A program made the translations under genes and the position numbers. The notes under the pieces are model-generated. The model worked only from the letters and a program-made list of their open reading frames with translations, was not told the DNA's origin and did no database searches. Shown one piece after another: positions 63,685 through 64,000 of a DNA stretch of 64,000 bases (positions are counted from its first letter, which is position 1; every line of letters starts with the position of its first letter). Source of the DNA: Mobula birostris (taxonomy: Eukaryota); contig NC_092376.1 of NCBI RefSeq assembly GCF_030028105.1, positions 170,777,613 to 170,841,612 on the forward strand. Reading direction: 5' to 3'.

Positions 63685-63945
63685 TCACGGCTGAACCGTC
63701 TGATCCAGTGACTGAGGGAGACACCGTTACCCTGAGCTGCTCTGTGTCTGACGTCACTGCATCAACCAGACTGGTTTGGATCAACGGAGATGGTGAAACC
63801 ATTGGAGACAAAACACTGACTGGGGAAGAGAAATCACTGAGTCTGATCATACAGAAAGCTGAGAGAGGCAGTGGGAAATGGACGTGTGGTGTGTTTGATC
63901 AAGACAGGCTCCGGATTATCGTCCCATATTATCAAGAGTGCAGTG
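63685..63945 (+). CDS. IgSF gene exon, D4 (C2-set with WxC F strand)
   Basis: tttccacag acceptor after a 78-nt intron; 261 nt, phase 1-1; VTAEPSDPVTEGDTVTLSC..LVW..GKWTC; GTG|GTGAGT donor. The gene continues beyond the window. Confidence 0.93.
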
Positions 63946-64000
63946 GTGAGTTACTGCAGGTTTGCTCTTCATATTGAGAAACATGATCACATTTTGTGTC

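Noticed and set aside
63226-63850. Minus-strand ORFs 63226..63420 and 63653..63850
   Set aside because: They are antisense shadows of the D3 and D4 exons.
35990-63945. Assigning the symbol CD4 or LAG3
   Set aside because: The cytoplasmic tail and synteny are not visible, D1 is not split by an intron, D2 lacks WxC, and paralogue fragments imply a multigene family.
1-64000. CRISPR arrays, operons, rRNA or bona fide tRNA genes
   Set aside because: No regularly spaced repeats or rRNA-like sequence were seen, and the tRNA-like boxes are SINE heads or primer-binding sites. Most short ORFs in the track are antisense or frameshifted transposon fragments.

Overview
This is eukaryotic genomic DNA, not prokaryotic. 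The repeat mix (CR1 with SGNH-esterase ORF1, V-SINE, Penelope, Rex1/Babar) suggests a cartilaginous fish, probably a ray; that assignment is inference. Most of the window is nested, decayed retroelements: about a dozen CR1 copies, Rex1/Babar, L2, one full-length Nimb/I-clade LINE, three Ty3/Gypsy lineages (Gmr1-like, PNMA-gag, chromovirus), Penelope remnants and two hAT elements. Threaded through them on the + strand is an apparently intact multi-exon immunoglobulin-superfamily gene: join(35990..36077, 54519..54851, 62437..62706, 63268..63606, 63685..63945, continuing past the window end). It encodes signal peptide-V-C2-V-C2, with every intron phase 1 and GT-AG, a cysteine-free D1 and a CD4/LAG-3-like WxC motif in D4. 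Paralogue debris points to a tandem, diversifying family: a truncated D2 exon at 3552 and a frameshifted leader-like exon at 22894. A Penelope-derived 88-bp-arm hairpin with a 16-bp target-site duplication (TSD) carries an intact-looking minimal hammerhead ribozyme at 21452..21489 on the minus strand. Exon, TSD and terminal-inverted-repeat (TIR) coordinates were counted by hand. Outer ends of decayed repeats are approximate.
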